Assembly: GCA_035221665.1 (NCBI GenBank)
Contig: CM069138.1
Coordinates: forward strand, 86,924,001 to 86,988,000
Reading direction: 5' to 3'
Length of the DNA: 64,000 nt
DNA from: Okamejei kenojei
Lineage: Eukaryota
Shown here: positions 1 through 12,739 of the stretch, in pieces
Layout: each line of letters starts with the position of its first letter
Numbering within the stretch: position 1 is the stretch's first letter
Program-made: the position numbers and the translations under genes
Notes under the pieces: model-generated
Database searches by the model: none
Seen by the model: only the letters and a program-made list of their open reading frames with translations
Told to the model about the DNA's origin: nothing

Positions 1-1405
1 ATTACTGGGCAGTCAATATTAAAAATAATGAATTTTTGGCTAGAAGAAATAGATAATAAACCAAATTGGTTAAATATGGAAAAAGAAGATTGTTCTCCAT
101 TTGAAATTAGCTCTATAATATTTGCTAACACTAACGTAGCTACGAAAAATTTATAGTGAAAATCCGATAATAGAAAACGGAATCCGCATCTGGAAACAAA
201 TAAAGAAAACATTAAAACTAAAATTTATACCATTAGGTTCTTACCATCGCCAATAATCTTACGTTCAAAACCTTCAATGATGGATAAGGCTTTTTTTACA
301 ATGGAAAAATAAAGGAATCTCTAAGATGGGTGATCTTTATAAGGAAAACTCTTTTCTCTCATTTCAAGAGTTACAACAAACTTATGGACTACACAATAAA
401 GAATATTTTAGATATTTAACAAATCAGAAATTATGTTTCTTCTGCAAATACACAAGAACTTAGAAATAGAAAGACAGAAATTTTAGATGAATGCTTGAAT
501 AAACATCCAAATAACGGAAAAAATGATATCATATATATACAATATTTTATTGGAAAGTGAAAGTGTCCCCATCAACAGAAACACATAGACAGTCTTGGTA
601 AAATGAATTAGGCCAAATTATAAGACCAGAAATATGGGATGAAAGTTTACAACAATATACATCATTGTTTCGTTAAATGCTAAACATTCCCTTATACAGT
701 TTAAAATACTACATAGATTACATTATTCCAAATCTAATTACATAATATTTTTCCCAAAAATATCCTCTATATGTGATAAATGTCAAATCTCAGAAGCAAA
801 TTTGTCACACTCATTCACTAACTGTATAAAAATTGTAAAATACTGGAATGAAATATTAAGATAATTTCGAATGTTGTCAATATAACTTTGACTCCTGATC
901 CAAAGTTAATAATACTTGGAATACTTGAAACTGACCAACTAATAACAATGAACCAAAGAACTTTTATCGACTATGGTTTAATAATTGGGAAAAAATTAAT
1001 ATTAAAATTTTGGAAAGGCCCTACATCCCCAACAATCAAAATGTGGAACATAGAAATGTCGGAGACACTTCATCTGGAGAGATTGAGGCTTGTCCTAATG
1101 GACAGATTAGATCTCTTCAGAGGGATTTGGTCTCCATATATTAAATATTTACAGGGTCATAATGGTTCAGCACGAGGACTTGACTGAGACCTGAATATTT
1201 GAATAGATGAAGAAATATATATAATAAATCATGAATATATCTCCAAGGACGGATTAATGATTTATATTCCATTCTCCATCAAACTTTTCACACTCTTTCT
1301 CTCTATCTTTTCATGAAGAAAAGATAGAGTTAAAAATTAAAATTAAAAAAAATAAAAAAATAAAAATAAAAAAAAAAAATAAAAATAAAAAAAAAATAAA
1401 AAAAG
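1..1405 (+). mobile_element. L1/Tx1-clade LINE, degenerate 3' part of ORF2, 3'UTR and A-rich tail (copy 1)
   Basis: Frameshifted ORF2 C-terminus (IQFKILHRLHYS, ICDKC, LILKFWK...ETLHLE), pyrimidine-rich 3'UTR, A-rich tail ~1331-1405. Confidence 0.85.
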
Positions 1406-2735
1406 AATCCAATTATTCTTAGTATAATACGATTTTGGAAACAAATAAAATTAACTTTAAAATTAAGAAAATTATCGCTTCTTTCTCCAATAGCTAATAA
1501 TCCCTCATTCAAACCATCCATTATTGATAAAACGTTTATCCATTGGGAAAGAATAGGAATTAAAACGATGGGAGATATGTATGAAATGGGAATTTTTTTA
1601 TCATTCCAACAACTACAACTAAAATATAATTTGAAAAGTAATCAATATTTCAAATACCTTCAAATTCAAGATTATTTGAAAAAGTATATACAAGGATATC
1701 AAACTTTTAACCCCAGATCTATTGGAGGAAGGAATGAATAGAAGGCAGAATCAACAATTTAATATCTACTTATATAATATAATTCTAATATAGAAAACAC
1801 CAACGACAGAGGCAATTAGAAGAGACTGGGAACAAGAGTTATTGATAAAAATTCCGAACGATAGGTGGGATAAAAAATTATTATATGTAAACAAATGTTC
1901 AATGAATGTAAGACATAACCTAATTCAATTTAAAATTTTACATAGATTATATTATTCGAAAACAAGACTGAATAAAATATTTTCAAATGTTTCTCCCATC
2001 TGCGACAAATGTCTAACTCAAAATGTCATTATAGCACATTCCTTTGTCTCTTGTACAAAACTGTATACATTTTGGAATGAAATTTTTGGAATTTTTACAA
2101 ACCTATTTAACACAAAATTGAACCCCAATATCGAATTGATTATCTTTGGATCAATGGAAGAGGGAAATAAACTAACTATATTCCAAGAAGCTTTTCTTAA
2201 TTATGGTCTAATAACAGCGAAAAAACTTATACTTAAATTTGGAAAAACGCACCTATGCCAAACATTCAAAATGTGGATCTCAAACATGCCTGAAACGCTA
2301 CATCTTGAAGAAACGAGATTCCTCTTACTAGGCAAAGTAGACCAATTCTTAAAAATTTGGTCTTCGTTTATCAACTTTTACAAGCATATTGGAGCAACAT
2401 AACAAACCTTAGAAATTAAATGGTTTAGAACTGGGTGACGATGGGTAAAAATATGAGATAGGTAGATCTCTCCTAATCTCTCTTTTTTTTACTTTTTTCC
2501 TTTTCTTCAATCTTTAAACTTCTCATCTCTGTCCTTTATTTCTTTTGTTTTCTGTTTCTACTCACTTGTCTATCTATTCTGACACTCTTTATTTATTTTT
2601 TCTCTCACTATTCTTTTATTATTGAACCAAAAGTATGAAGTTGTACAAGAATGAAAATATGTATTTATGTATTAGGTACTTAAGTACCAGACTACTGTAC
2701 TTACTTCTAACAAAAATAAACAAACAAAAAAAAAG
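1406..2735 (+). mobile_element. L1/Tx1-clade LINE, 5'-truncated 3' fragment with poly(A) (copy 2)
   Basis: ORF 1842-2402 (LIQFKILHRLYYS..SPICDKC..AHSFVSC) is paralogous to copy 1; T-rich 3'UTR, AATAAA and A tail at ~2710-2735. Confidence 0.85.
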
Positions 2736-3062
2736 ACCCGTCCATGGATAAACACAATAAAATATTAATACTAAAATTCAAATTAAATAAATTACTATCA
2801 GAGAAAGTTATAAGATTATTCCAAATTACAAGACAGGAACAGTTTGAATTTAGGGAGAAGCCTCATAAACTTCTCGCACGCCAATTAAAAAAACGAGAAA
2901 ACGAACACACGATTTCAAAGATTAAATCAGACAAAGGGGAAGTATTAACATTACCGAATGAAATTAATAAAAGATTTGTGCAATTTTATGAGAATTTGTA
3001 TACATCCAAAACGACAACGGACACCAACACAATCACTGAGTTTCTGGATAATTGCATCTTCC

Positions 3063-3264
3063 TGTAGATGATATGTGTGTACACCTTTAATTGATAGTAA
3101 CGATGTCCATGCTAACCACTCCCCCACCAGTTAGTATAATTGTAACCCACACGCCCCTAGCTCTCTCTCTGGTGTTCGTGACAGACCACGTACAGCCAGG
3201 GCTATGTATGACGTGTGCTTAATAAAAGTGCTGAAGACTTAAAGGTGTCTTAGAGCATTCTTCA
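3063..3264 (+). repeat. Gypsy 5' LTR (202 bp)
   Basis: Direct repeat of 7569-7772, differing by one substitution and one CT unit. Confidence 0.97.
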
Positions 3265-6200
3265 TGGCGTCAGAAGTGCTTCTTCCTGCGTCTCTGGTCT
3301 ATCGCGTTTTATTTCATTAGTCCCAGTACCCCCTCCTGGTTCCGTGATGGCTTCTGCCTGTCGTAAGCCTGACATCCTAGTCTTTGATGCAGACATCACT
3401 CATCGCTGGAGTGTGTTCCGACGGGACTGAGCATTATGTTACCATCGCCCACCCTGCTGTGGCCCCCGCTGTCAAGGCTTCCCTGCTGCTTAACCTGGCT
3501 GGTCCGGAGGCGCTCGAGCGTTCGGAGTCGTTCGTCTATGGACATGGTGAGAGTGCCCAAGACCCCGATTGCCTGATTGCTAAATTTACGGCGATGTGTG
3601 ACCTTCCCACTAATCACATTTTAGAGCGTTTCAAACTGTTCTCCAGACGCCAGAACCCTGGGGAGTCTATTGACAATTTTATGGCCGCGCTGCGCCAGCT
3701 GGCTCGCCGATGTAACCTGCATGACCTGACCCCCGATACCTTGACCCGTGACATTTTAGTCTTTGGTCTGCGGGATGAAAAGCTGGGCTCTGAGCTGCTG
3801 CGTAAGCCTGATCTGACATTCCATGAGGCGCTGCATGCCTCTCGTTTAGCTGAGGCTGTCTCCTCCGCTGTACCTGACCCTGTGGTCCACACAGCCAGTC
3901 TCGCTGGTCCCCCCGGTACAATTGCTCCCCGGCGACAGTGGGCAAGACCACTGCAGGGCTCCAGACCGCCTCAACGATGTCCAAATTGTAACTTTGTCTC
4001 ACACCGTTTTAATGTGTGCCCGGCGTTGGGGAAAACCTGTAACTTTTGCAACAAGCTCGGGCACTTTTCAGCTGCATGCCGTTCCCGTGGGAACACTGCT
4101 CAGCCACAGCGGAAACCGTCTCGCTACCTGACACGTGATGATTCAGCGTCTGGTTCCCATCTCCAGCACGATGATCTTCCCCCGTCTGACCTGAATCTTC
4201 TCAGAGCGAGCTGGATGTGTTTTCCTTGCGAGGTGCAGCTGGACTGATAACGGACCCGACCGTCCGAGTCACGGTGAATGGCATGGCCTTCTCTGCTAAG
4301 GTCGACACGGGGGCAGCTGCCAATGTTATGTCAACAAGCCTGTTCAGGAAGATAAGAAATAATGAGCCTGTTTCCACAGACAGTGCTGTTTTGCGTGCCT
4401 ATGGGGGTGGCGTGCTTATTCCTGTGGGGAGGGCCACTCTCCACTGCACTGGTCGACCACTCGGCCCCTCTCTTTCTTCCTGCTGGACAGTAAATGTGAC
4501 CCCCTGTTCGGCGTGGAGGCCTGCCAGGACCTCGGGTTGGTGAGCTTCCACAGCGATGTCCACCTGGTAGAGGCACCCCTGAACCCGCTGGCCGAATTCC
4601 CGGACCGGTTCGACTCGAAGCTGGGGAAGTTGCCCTGCAGCTACAAGATTGCCCTCAATCCCGACATCACGCCGGTCGTCCGTCCCCCGCAACCGTGTGT
4701 CCTTTGCCATGAGGGGCAAGTCGAGTCTGCTCTTCGCGAGATGGTGGCCCACGGGCATCCTGGCGCAGTCACGGACTCCACCCAGTGTGGTTTTTCTACT
4801 ATGGTTGTCGCTGCGAAGAAAGACAAGAGCGAAATACGGATCTGCATCAACCCCAAGGACTTGAACTTGGCCATCAGGCGCCCGCACTATCCCATGCGGA
4901 CGGTGGAGGATGTTGCTGCGCAGGTTGGCCCTGCCACCGTGTTCTCGTTCTTGATGCCAAGAGTTCGTTCTGGCAGATACCTCTAGACGAGCGGTCCTCG
5001 CACCTGACAATCTTCAGCACGCCCTTCCGCAGGTATCGCTTCCTCCGCATGCCGTTGGGATCAACTCTGCCAGCGAGGTGTTCCAGAGGACCATGAACAA
5101 CTGTTTGCTGGACTTTCCGTGTGCCATCATTGTCGACGACATCCTGGTTTATGGGAAGAATGGTCGCTGAGCACGACCACCACCTTTCGTCAGGTGCTGC
5201 AGCGGGCCCGGGAGGTCAACCTGAAACTCAACCCGAAAAAGTGCCGATTCCGGGTCCCTGAGGTCACCTATGTGGGGCATGTTTTCACGGCACGGGGCTG
5301 AAGCCCGACCCGCAGAAGACGGCCGCAATATCCGAGATGCCTGGCACCTGCTGACGTGCCTGGCCTGCAGCGCTTCTTGGGCATGGTCAACTAACCTGGG
5401 AAAGTTCATCCCCCGACCTGAGTGAACTGAGTGCCCCTCTGCGGGATCTGGTGAAAAAGGACACTGCCTGGGCCTGGTTCCTGCAACACCAGCGCGCATT
5501 TGACACCCTCAAAGTCTAAGCTGGTCAGCATGCCAACGCTGAAGTACTTCGACCTCCAGCGCCCCATCGTTCTCACTGTGATGCCTCTAAGTTTGGCCTC
5601 GGGGCCGCCTGCCTGCAGATCCATGATGGGGTGCAACTGCCTGTGTCCTACGCGTCCCGCACAATGACGTCCGCTGAACAACACTATGCCCAGATTGAGA
5701 AGGAACTGCTGGCGGTTGTCTTTGCCTGCTCCAAATTCAAGGACTATATCCTGGGCAACTGTTTCACTGTCGAGACGGACCACCAGCCTCTGGTCACCAT
5801 CCTCAACAAGCCAATACACCATGGCCCCTCCCGGCTCCAGCGCATGATGCTCCAGCTACAACGCTTCACTTTCACAGTGGTTTATCGCAAGGGCAAGGAC
5901 ATGGTTGTTGCTGACACGCTGTCTCGGCGGCGCCTCTCTCATCCACAACCCAGCATCCGTACGAGAACGTTCCGATCTGATAGTCCTGGGCGTGAACTTC
6001 GTGCCCTCACGGACAGTTGAAGTCCCTAGCCGAGCACACGGCGGCAGACGCTTCGTCTACAGCAGCTGGCCGCGATCATCAGGCAGGGTTGGCCAGAACC
6101 GCCGTTCTTCCCTGCCGGCCGCTGCGGTGCCTTACTTCTTGGTTCGTGACGAGTTGGTGCTGCGTGATGGTGTGATTGTGAAGGGGCACAAGGTGGTGGT

Positions 6201-7568
6201 GCCCGAAGCACTACGGTAACAATACTTCGAAACCCGCTCATCGTGGCCATCCCGGGGCCGAGGCGAACCCTTTCCATCTCTCAGATCCAGTTCTTCTGGC
6301 CCGACATTGCTTTGCTACTTCCCGGGATAGGGTCTCCGCGTGCCCTACCTGTAACTGCCAACGCTCCGCAGCAACAGTGGCAGCCGCTCCTGCAGCAGCC
6401 AGCTGCTTGACCTGCCATGGTCTGCGCTAGCAACCGACATCTTCCGAGTGCACGGAAAGCACTTCCTGGTGCTTGTCGACTCTTACCTCCAGCTGGTTTG
6501 AAGATGACCAGCTCCACTCCCTCTCTTCCTCCGCAGTCATCGACAAGTTGCGCCGCCACTTTGCCACCTTCGGGTACCCCCGTCAGCCTGCAGTCGGACA
6601 ACGGCAGCCAGTTTCACCAGTGCCGAGTTCCGCGATTTTGCTGAGCGTTGGAAACTTTCGTCATTACGCCAGCAGCCGGAATACCCAACAGAGCAATGGA
6701 CTGGCCGAGCGCATGCGGTCCTGCAGTGCTAAAGGACTGTTGGAACGTTGCCGCCTATCCCGCTCCGACATCTACCTGGCCCTGCTGAACCTCCGCAACA
6801 TCTCCCCGCGACCATGCCCTGGGCTCCCCGGCTCAGCGACTCATGTCCCCGAGTCACAGGCCCACGGTCCCGGTGTCTCAGCAGTCCCTGTCCCCTTCCG
6901 TCCTTAAGCCTGCCTTGGTCCGGGAGCGCATTACCGAAAGACACAGTATCCCAGAAGCATTCCCACGACAGGTCCTGCCGTGTCCTCTGGCCCTCTTCTC
7001 CCTGGCCAGGTCGTCCGTATGTGGTCCCCTTTCTGGCCGTTCCAGGCTGGCCGTGGTCGTCGGCTCTGCCGGTTTCCCCTCGCTCCTACCTGTCAACCGC
7101 GACGGAAGGGTGTACCGCCGGTCCCCGGCCAGCATCTCCGGCTCGTGAACGAGCCTCTCCCACCCCCCCGGCGGCTCCTTATGCCCCCCCGCTGCCCCTG
7201 TTGCGGCCCTGTGCTTTGCCCATTCCTCTGGGGCCGGCCTCCCCTCGTCCTCCTCCGGAGCGCCTCCCGGCTGCGGTCCCGCTTTTCTCCGGCTTCCGCG
7301 CCCTTCTCTTCGCCTCCCTCCCCGCTGCCTTTTCATCGCCAAGGGTTCTCCTGTCCTAGCCCCCCACCATGCCCCGCGTCCCCGCTTGTTACTGTCGGGG
7401 AAGGAGGTGATGGCGAGTGGCGGACCCAGTCTGGTCGCCTGGTCAGGCCGCCGGTCCGCTACGGCGATTACGTGTGATCCTGTATCCCTGTGCTTTACTG
7501 TTTGCACTCACCTGGCGCATGAGACGTGGTCGCCCTGTCACTCACTGTTTGTTTTGGTAGAGGAAGGA

Positions 7569-7772
7569 TGTAGATGATATGTGTGTACACCTTTAATTGA
7601 TAGTAACGATGTCCATGCTAACCACTCCCCCACCAGTTAGTATAATTGTAACCCACACGCCCCTAGCTCTCTCTCTCTGGTGTTCGTGACAGACCATGTA
7701 CAGCCAGGGCTATGTATGACGTGTGCTTAATAAAAGTGCTGAAGACTTAAAGGTGTCTTAGAGCATTCTTCA
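7569..7772 (+). repeat. Gypsy 3' LTR (204 bp)
   Basis: Direct repeat of 3063-3264, preceded by the polypurine tract. Confidence 0.97.
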
Positions 7773-10585
7773 CTTCCCAAACTAGAATTGCAGGAACAAG
7801 AGGAATTGGGAGCACAAATCTCAAATAAGGGAATAGAAGAAACAATATTCTCATTAAAAAATGGAAAAACACCAGGTCCCGACGGATTTAGTAATGAATT
7901 CTATAAAAGTTTTTACGATATATTTAGTCCTCGTCTACAGAAAATGTACACACACGCTTTCAGAGAACAAATATTACCTGATACACTAGCAGAATCTACG
8001 ATTACATTAATACTTAAGAAAGATAAAGATGAGGAAGAACCTGGATCCTTTAGAGCTATCGCGTTGTTAAATACAGATCAAAAAATATTAGCAAAAATAT
8101 TAGCAAGAAGATTAGGTAAGTACGCCATTAAACGAATACATCCGGATCAAATGGGCTTTATCCCTAAGAGACATTCATTTAATAATTTGAGACGTCTGCT
8201 TAATATAATGCACTCATACCAAACTAAAGATCCAAATCGCGCAATTATTTCGCTGGATGCAGAGAAAGCATTCAATCAGGTTGCATGGAAGTATATGGTT
8301 AAGGTATTGCAAAAATTTCAACTGGGAGAGAATTTCATTCAATTGATTAAATTAATATATAATAAGCCAACGGCCAGAATATTAACTAATAATATTTTAT
8401 CCATGAAATTTCAACTGTCAAGGGGTCATAGACAAGGTTGTTCATTATCACCATTGTTATTTGCCCTCATCATTGAACCACTAGTGGAAAGAATTAGAAC
8501 TCATCCGAATATCCATGGATATAAGACAAAATATTCAAACAATAAAATATCATTATACGCTGATGATGTACTTTTGTGCATCACAAAGCCTCATATCACT
8601 ATACCCAATATTTTAAATTTAATTGAGGGTTTCGGTTCATTTTCAGGTTACAGAATAAATTGGAATAAAAGTGAAATCATGTCAATAAAACCGAAAGATT
8701 CTATAAATCTCGTACAATTTCCTTTTAAAATAGCTGGGGGGAAATTTAAATACTTGGGCATTGAAATTACTAGAAGATATCAAGCCATGTTTAAAGCAAA
8801 CTATAACCCTGTACTTAAGAAATTACATAATTTAATTAAATTCTGGAAAACACTCCCGATGTCCTTAATAGGTCGAATAAATGCCATAAAAATGATTTTT
8901 CTACCTCAAATTCTATACTTGTTCCAATCAATCCCACTATATCTACCCAAAAGGTTTTTTAAAAAATTGGACTCAGATATTACAAATTTTATTTGGGATT
9001 ATAAGTCCCATAGAATACAAAGACCACACCTGAATGAACCCAATGTAGTAGGGGGATTAGCACTCCCTAATTTTATGTATTATTATTGGTCGGTAAATAT
9101 TAGAAATATGATTCAATTGTTGGATAATGCTCTTCATCAACCGAATGGATCATTATGGAGAAAGAGACAGCTCCCCCTTTAATATTGGTGCGATCCTTCT
9201 TTCACCAATGACGGTGAATAATACAAGCTACAAACAAAAACTCAATTATACATAGTACAATCAAAATTTGGAAACAAATAAAATACAATTTAAAACTAAG
9301 AAACTTATCTCTCCTATCTCCTATTGCTAAAAACCTTCTGTTTAAACCCTCAATTATAGACAAAGCATTCATACAATGGAAAGAGCAGGAATTAAAACTT
9401 TGGGAGATTTGTATGATACGGGAAAACTATTATCATTTAAACAATTACAACTAAAATACAATCTGGATAACAATCATATTTTAAATATTTTCCAAATATG
9501 TGATTATTTGAAAAACACATGCACATGAATTTCACACAATGCCATTAGACTTACTAGATGAAGTAATGAATGCAAAGGCGGAACCACCAAATTAATTTCA
9601 CATATATATAACATTATACTAAATGCAGTAATACCAACAAACGGAAGTTTGTGAGGTGAGTGGGAAAACGAACTAAGCATAAAAATTTCCAATGAAAGGT
9701 GGAATGAATACTTATTAAATGTGCACAAATGCTTAACATAAGACACACTTTAATACAATTTAAAATTATACATAGATTATACTACTCAAAAAACTAAATT
9801 AAATACAATTTTCCCTAACGTTTCACCAATTTGTGATAAATGCACTGTCAAGAAGCTACTATAGCGCACTCATTCATCTTTTGTACAAAAATTCAAAGGT
9901 TTTGGATGAAATCTTTGAAATGTTCACAAAAGTGTTTAAAATAAAAATGACACCAAAGCCAGAATGGATTATTTTCGGAATGGCAGAAGGTAGTCCGGAA
10001 TTAAATGTGTACAAAAAGAATTTCTTTGATTATGGCTTAATAAAGGAAAAAAAAACTAATCTTAAAATTCTGGAAAAATGCTCCTATACCAACATTAAAT
10101 ATGTGGATTTCAACTATGTTTGAAACACTACACCTGGAAGATATGAGACTCTGCCTGGAAGGAAAATCAGAACGCTTCTTTCAGACGTGGTCTGCATTTA
10201 TAGAACTGCTACAAAGATAGGGTGCAGGAGTACCTCGGACCTTGGTAGGGGGGGATGAAAAACTATGGAGTTGGTGGATTCCTTTTGCGTGATATATATA
10301 ACAGAGTAACTGGCTTTTTTTCTTTTTCTTTTTCCTTTTCCTTTTCTTTAGGGTCTATCTCTTAACCCCCTTTCTCTAATTCTTTGACCAAGGGTTTCTT
10401 CTCCCTTTTGGAACGCTCTTTCACTATCACAACTCTTTTCACCTATTTAACTCTCTTTCTTTCTATTCTTTTTCTTTAAAAGCCATAACATTATGGGGTA
10501 CAATGATTGTGACAAGATATATGTGAAGTACATTGATGTATTTACCTCTAATAAATAAAATATTTAAAAAAAAAACAAAAAAAAC

Positions 10586-10994
10586 TGTTTTACCTTTGTT
10601 GCACGCATTTCTAATTTCCTGTTTGATGCCATCCCCAACTCCACTACTACTTTTAGGTGGCCTGTACACATCTCCCACTAGCGTTTTCTGCCCCTTAGTG
10701 TTTCGCAGCTCTACCCATATCGTTTCCACATCCTCCAAGCTAATGTCCTTCCTTTCTATTGCGTTAATCTCCTCTCTAACCAGCAACGCTACCCCACCCC
10801 CTTTTCCTTTCTGTCTATCCCTCCTGAATATTAAATATCCCTGGATGTTCAGCTCCCAGCCTTGGTCACCCTGGAGCCATGTCTCTGTGATCCCAACTAT
10901 ATCATATTCATTAATAACTATCTGCACATTCAACTATATCATATTCATTAATAACTATCTTCACATTCAACTCATCCACCTTATTACAAATGAG
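10586..10994 (-). mobile_element. CR1 LINE fragment (APE endonuclease)
   Basis: YDIVGITETWL, FRRDRQKGKGGGVALLV, YRPP motifs in ORF 10463-10933. Confidence 0.88.
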
Positions 10995-11590
10995 TGAGGC
11001 CAGCGAGCGGCAAGAGAGAGGTATTTAGACGGAGAGCTGCCAGAGGAGAGCGGGAACCGGCAGAAGGCGCTGAGGTGGCGGCTGGTTTCGCTGTCCGGCC
11101 TGGCGGCCGCTCTCAGCCATCCAAGCTACTTCTCCCCCCCACCGGCCTCAATGCGGTGGCATTGTACGCCTCCTTGCAAGGAGCGTCGCAAGTGGCATCC
11201 TCCCGACCCCTCCTTCACAACATTCATGCCCTTCCCGCAACTTTACCTCAGGCCAGACTCCCCAAACGCTGTGAAAGGAGCTCTCCCCCACACCCCGGGA
11301 AATACGGTATTTAAAAACATAAACACAAAATGTACTTACCACATCATTGGTACACGAACTCCATTCTCCTCTCTTTGTTTCCTAACATACACTTAAAATA
11401 TTGACAATCCATATTTGAAAACCCCGTCAAGAAACTAGCGCTGTGCATGCGCAGTAGGCTGCTGCACCTGCATAGTGCTGTAAAGGCAGAATTTCTGCTG
11501 CCTTCAGCCCAGCTTGAAATTGACGGTTTCCAGCAGCACTGACGGCACGTGGGCTGCACAGACCTTCAAGGGTTCCAAGCGCTGCGGATG

Positions 11591-11659
11591 AAAGGCACGG
11601 AGAATTATGCCTACCTAAGAGATCGATCTCTTAGATAGGCATAATTCTCCCATGCCTTT
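11591..11659. repeat. Loopless ~69-bp palindrome, probably MITE-derived
   Basis: GGAGAATTATGCCTAcCTAAGAGATC|GATCTCTTAGaTAGGCATAATTCTCC, centre 11624/11625. Confidence 0.8.
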
Positions 11660-12189
11660 ATTATTTATACTTAGTTATTCACAATTAATAATTTTAGTCA
11701 GGGTAGGCAGTGCCTACCTTGCCTACCCTGACGACACCTGCATGGTATGCGTGTTCTCCCGTCCCCCACTCGCATCTGCTCCCTCTCTCTCGCTGTTACA
11801 CCCCGCTCTTCCGCCACCTGTTCCTTTGGGGGATGAGGAGTTGACCATTTATGAGAGTCTCTCTGGAATCGAGAATTTCATTGCTCAATACATATTCATA
11901 GATTAGGCTGAAGAATTCCATTGCCTTGAAATTAGCAGAATAGTGAAATTCGACTCAGAAACTATCATCATTGTGGTTCCAGTCTGGCATACAATTAATT
12001 TTCCTATAATGTGACCATACGGCACCTCCGTTCCTCAGATTAAATATATTTTTACACATAAATTATGAATAAAGATATGAATTTATACTCAGCGATCATT
12101 CAGCCAGCACCTTGTTCGTTTTTTTCTTTATGGTGAATGACCTTGGATAAATCCCATGATTCCTTGTGTTTTTCGGAATACCGAACTCA

Positions 12190-12328
12190 CTTATTGGCTT
12201 GGTATAATTGTAAATTATTCCTAATGGGTATAGGATGGTGTTAATGTGCAGGGATCGATGGTCGGTGTGGGCTTGGTGGGCCGTAGGGCCTGTTTCTGCG
12301 CTGTATTTCTAAACTAAACTAAACTAAA
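12190..12328 (+). mobile_element. HE1/V-SINE-like 3' portion with (CTAAA)n tail
   Basis: GGGCCGTAGGGCCTGTTTCTGCGCTGTATTTCTAAACTAAACTAAAC tail, shared with SINE copies at 37.2 kb and 63.6 kb. Confidence 0.65.
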
Positions 12329-12739
12329 GTTACTTTATTCATGAAGCCACATACAGAGCTGGCCAGCATCCTTTTTTCTTCCAATATTCTTCTTCTAGAA
12401 TTTTCTGTCTTTTGGTGTCTTTGCATCAATGGAAGCTGTTAAGGGCCTGTCCCACTGCGGGGACTTAATTTGCGAGTTTAGAAGAGTTTGCCCTCAACTC
12501 ATACTTGTAGCATGGTCGACAAGTGGTCCTAGGAGGTCTTTGTAACTCTCCTTCATGCTCGAGAGTAGTCCCCGCATACTCGAGGCCTCAGCTAGGTCGC
12601 GGCGTTTTTTTCAACATTTTGATCCTGCATCTTACAGTTGCCTGACAACAATGCAGAATCTACTCCTCTAAATTTGGGTGGTAATATTAAACATACTCAG
12701 CCGATTAGGATCCACATGTTGCCGATCGTCCTGTGTAGT

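Larger units (their letters stand above)
3063..7772 (+). mobile_element. Full-length Ty3/Gypsy LTR retrotransposon (gag-PR-RT-RH-IN, frameshifted) with 5-bp TSD CTTCC
   Basis: LTRs 3063-3264 and 7569-7772 (TG...CA, AATAAA); TSD CTTCC at 3058-3062 and 7773-7777; PBS TGGCGTCAGAAGTG at 3265 resembles the complement of tRNA-Leu(CAA); PPT AGAGGAAGGA at 7559-7568; gag CCHC knuckle (CNFCNKLGHFSAAC), protease VDTGA, RT (IVDDIL), RNase H (YAQIEKELLA), integrase (SDNGSQF, NGLAER). Confidence 0.97.
2736..10585 (+). mobile_element. L1/Tx1-clade LINE ORF2 with RT (copy 3), interrupted by a Gypsy element at 3063-7772
   Basis: ORF 2744-3067 (EKPHKLLARQLK) continues after the Gypsy as LPKLELQEQ; ORF 7788-9182 has RT motifs KTPGPDGF, SLDAEKAF, GHRQGCSLSP, LYADD; cysteine-rich C-terminus; AATAAA and poly(A) at ~10550-10585. 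Confidence 0.92.

Noticed and set aside
12440-12620. GGGCCTGTCCCACT terminus (inverse at ~26455-26470) as the ends of one 14-kb transposon
   Set aside because: The two ends lie in unrelated contexts, one nested inside the hAT/Tc1 and with exon 1 between them; more likely independent MITE fragments
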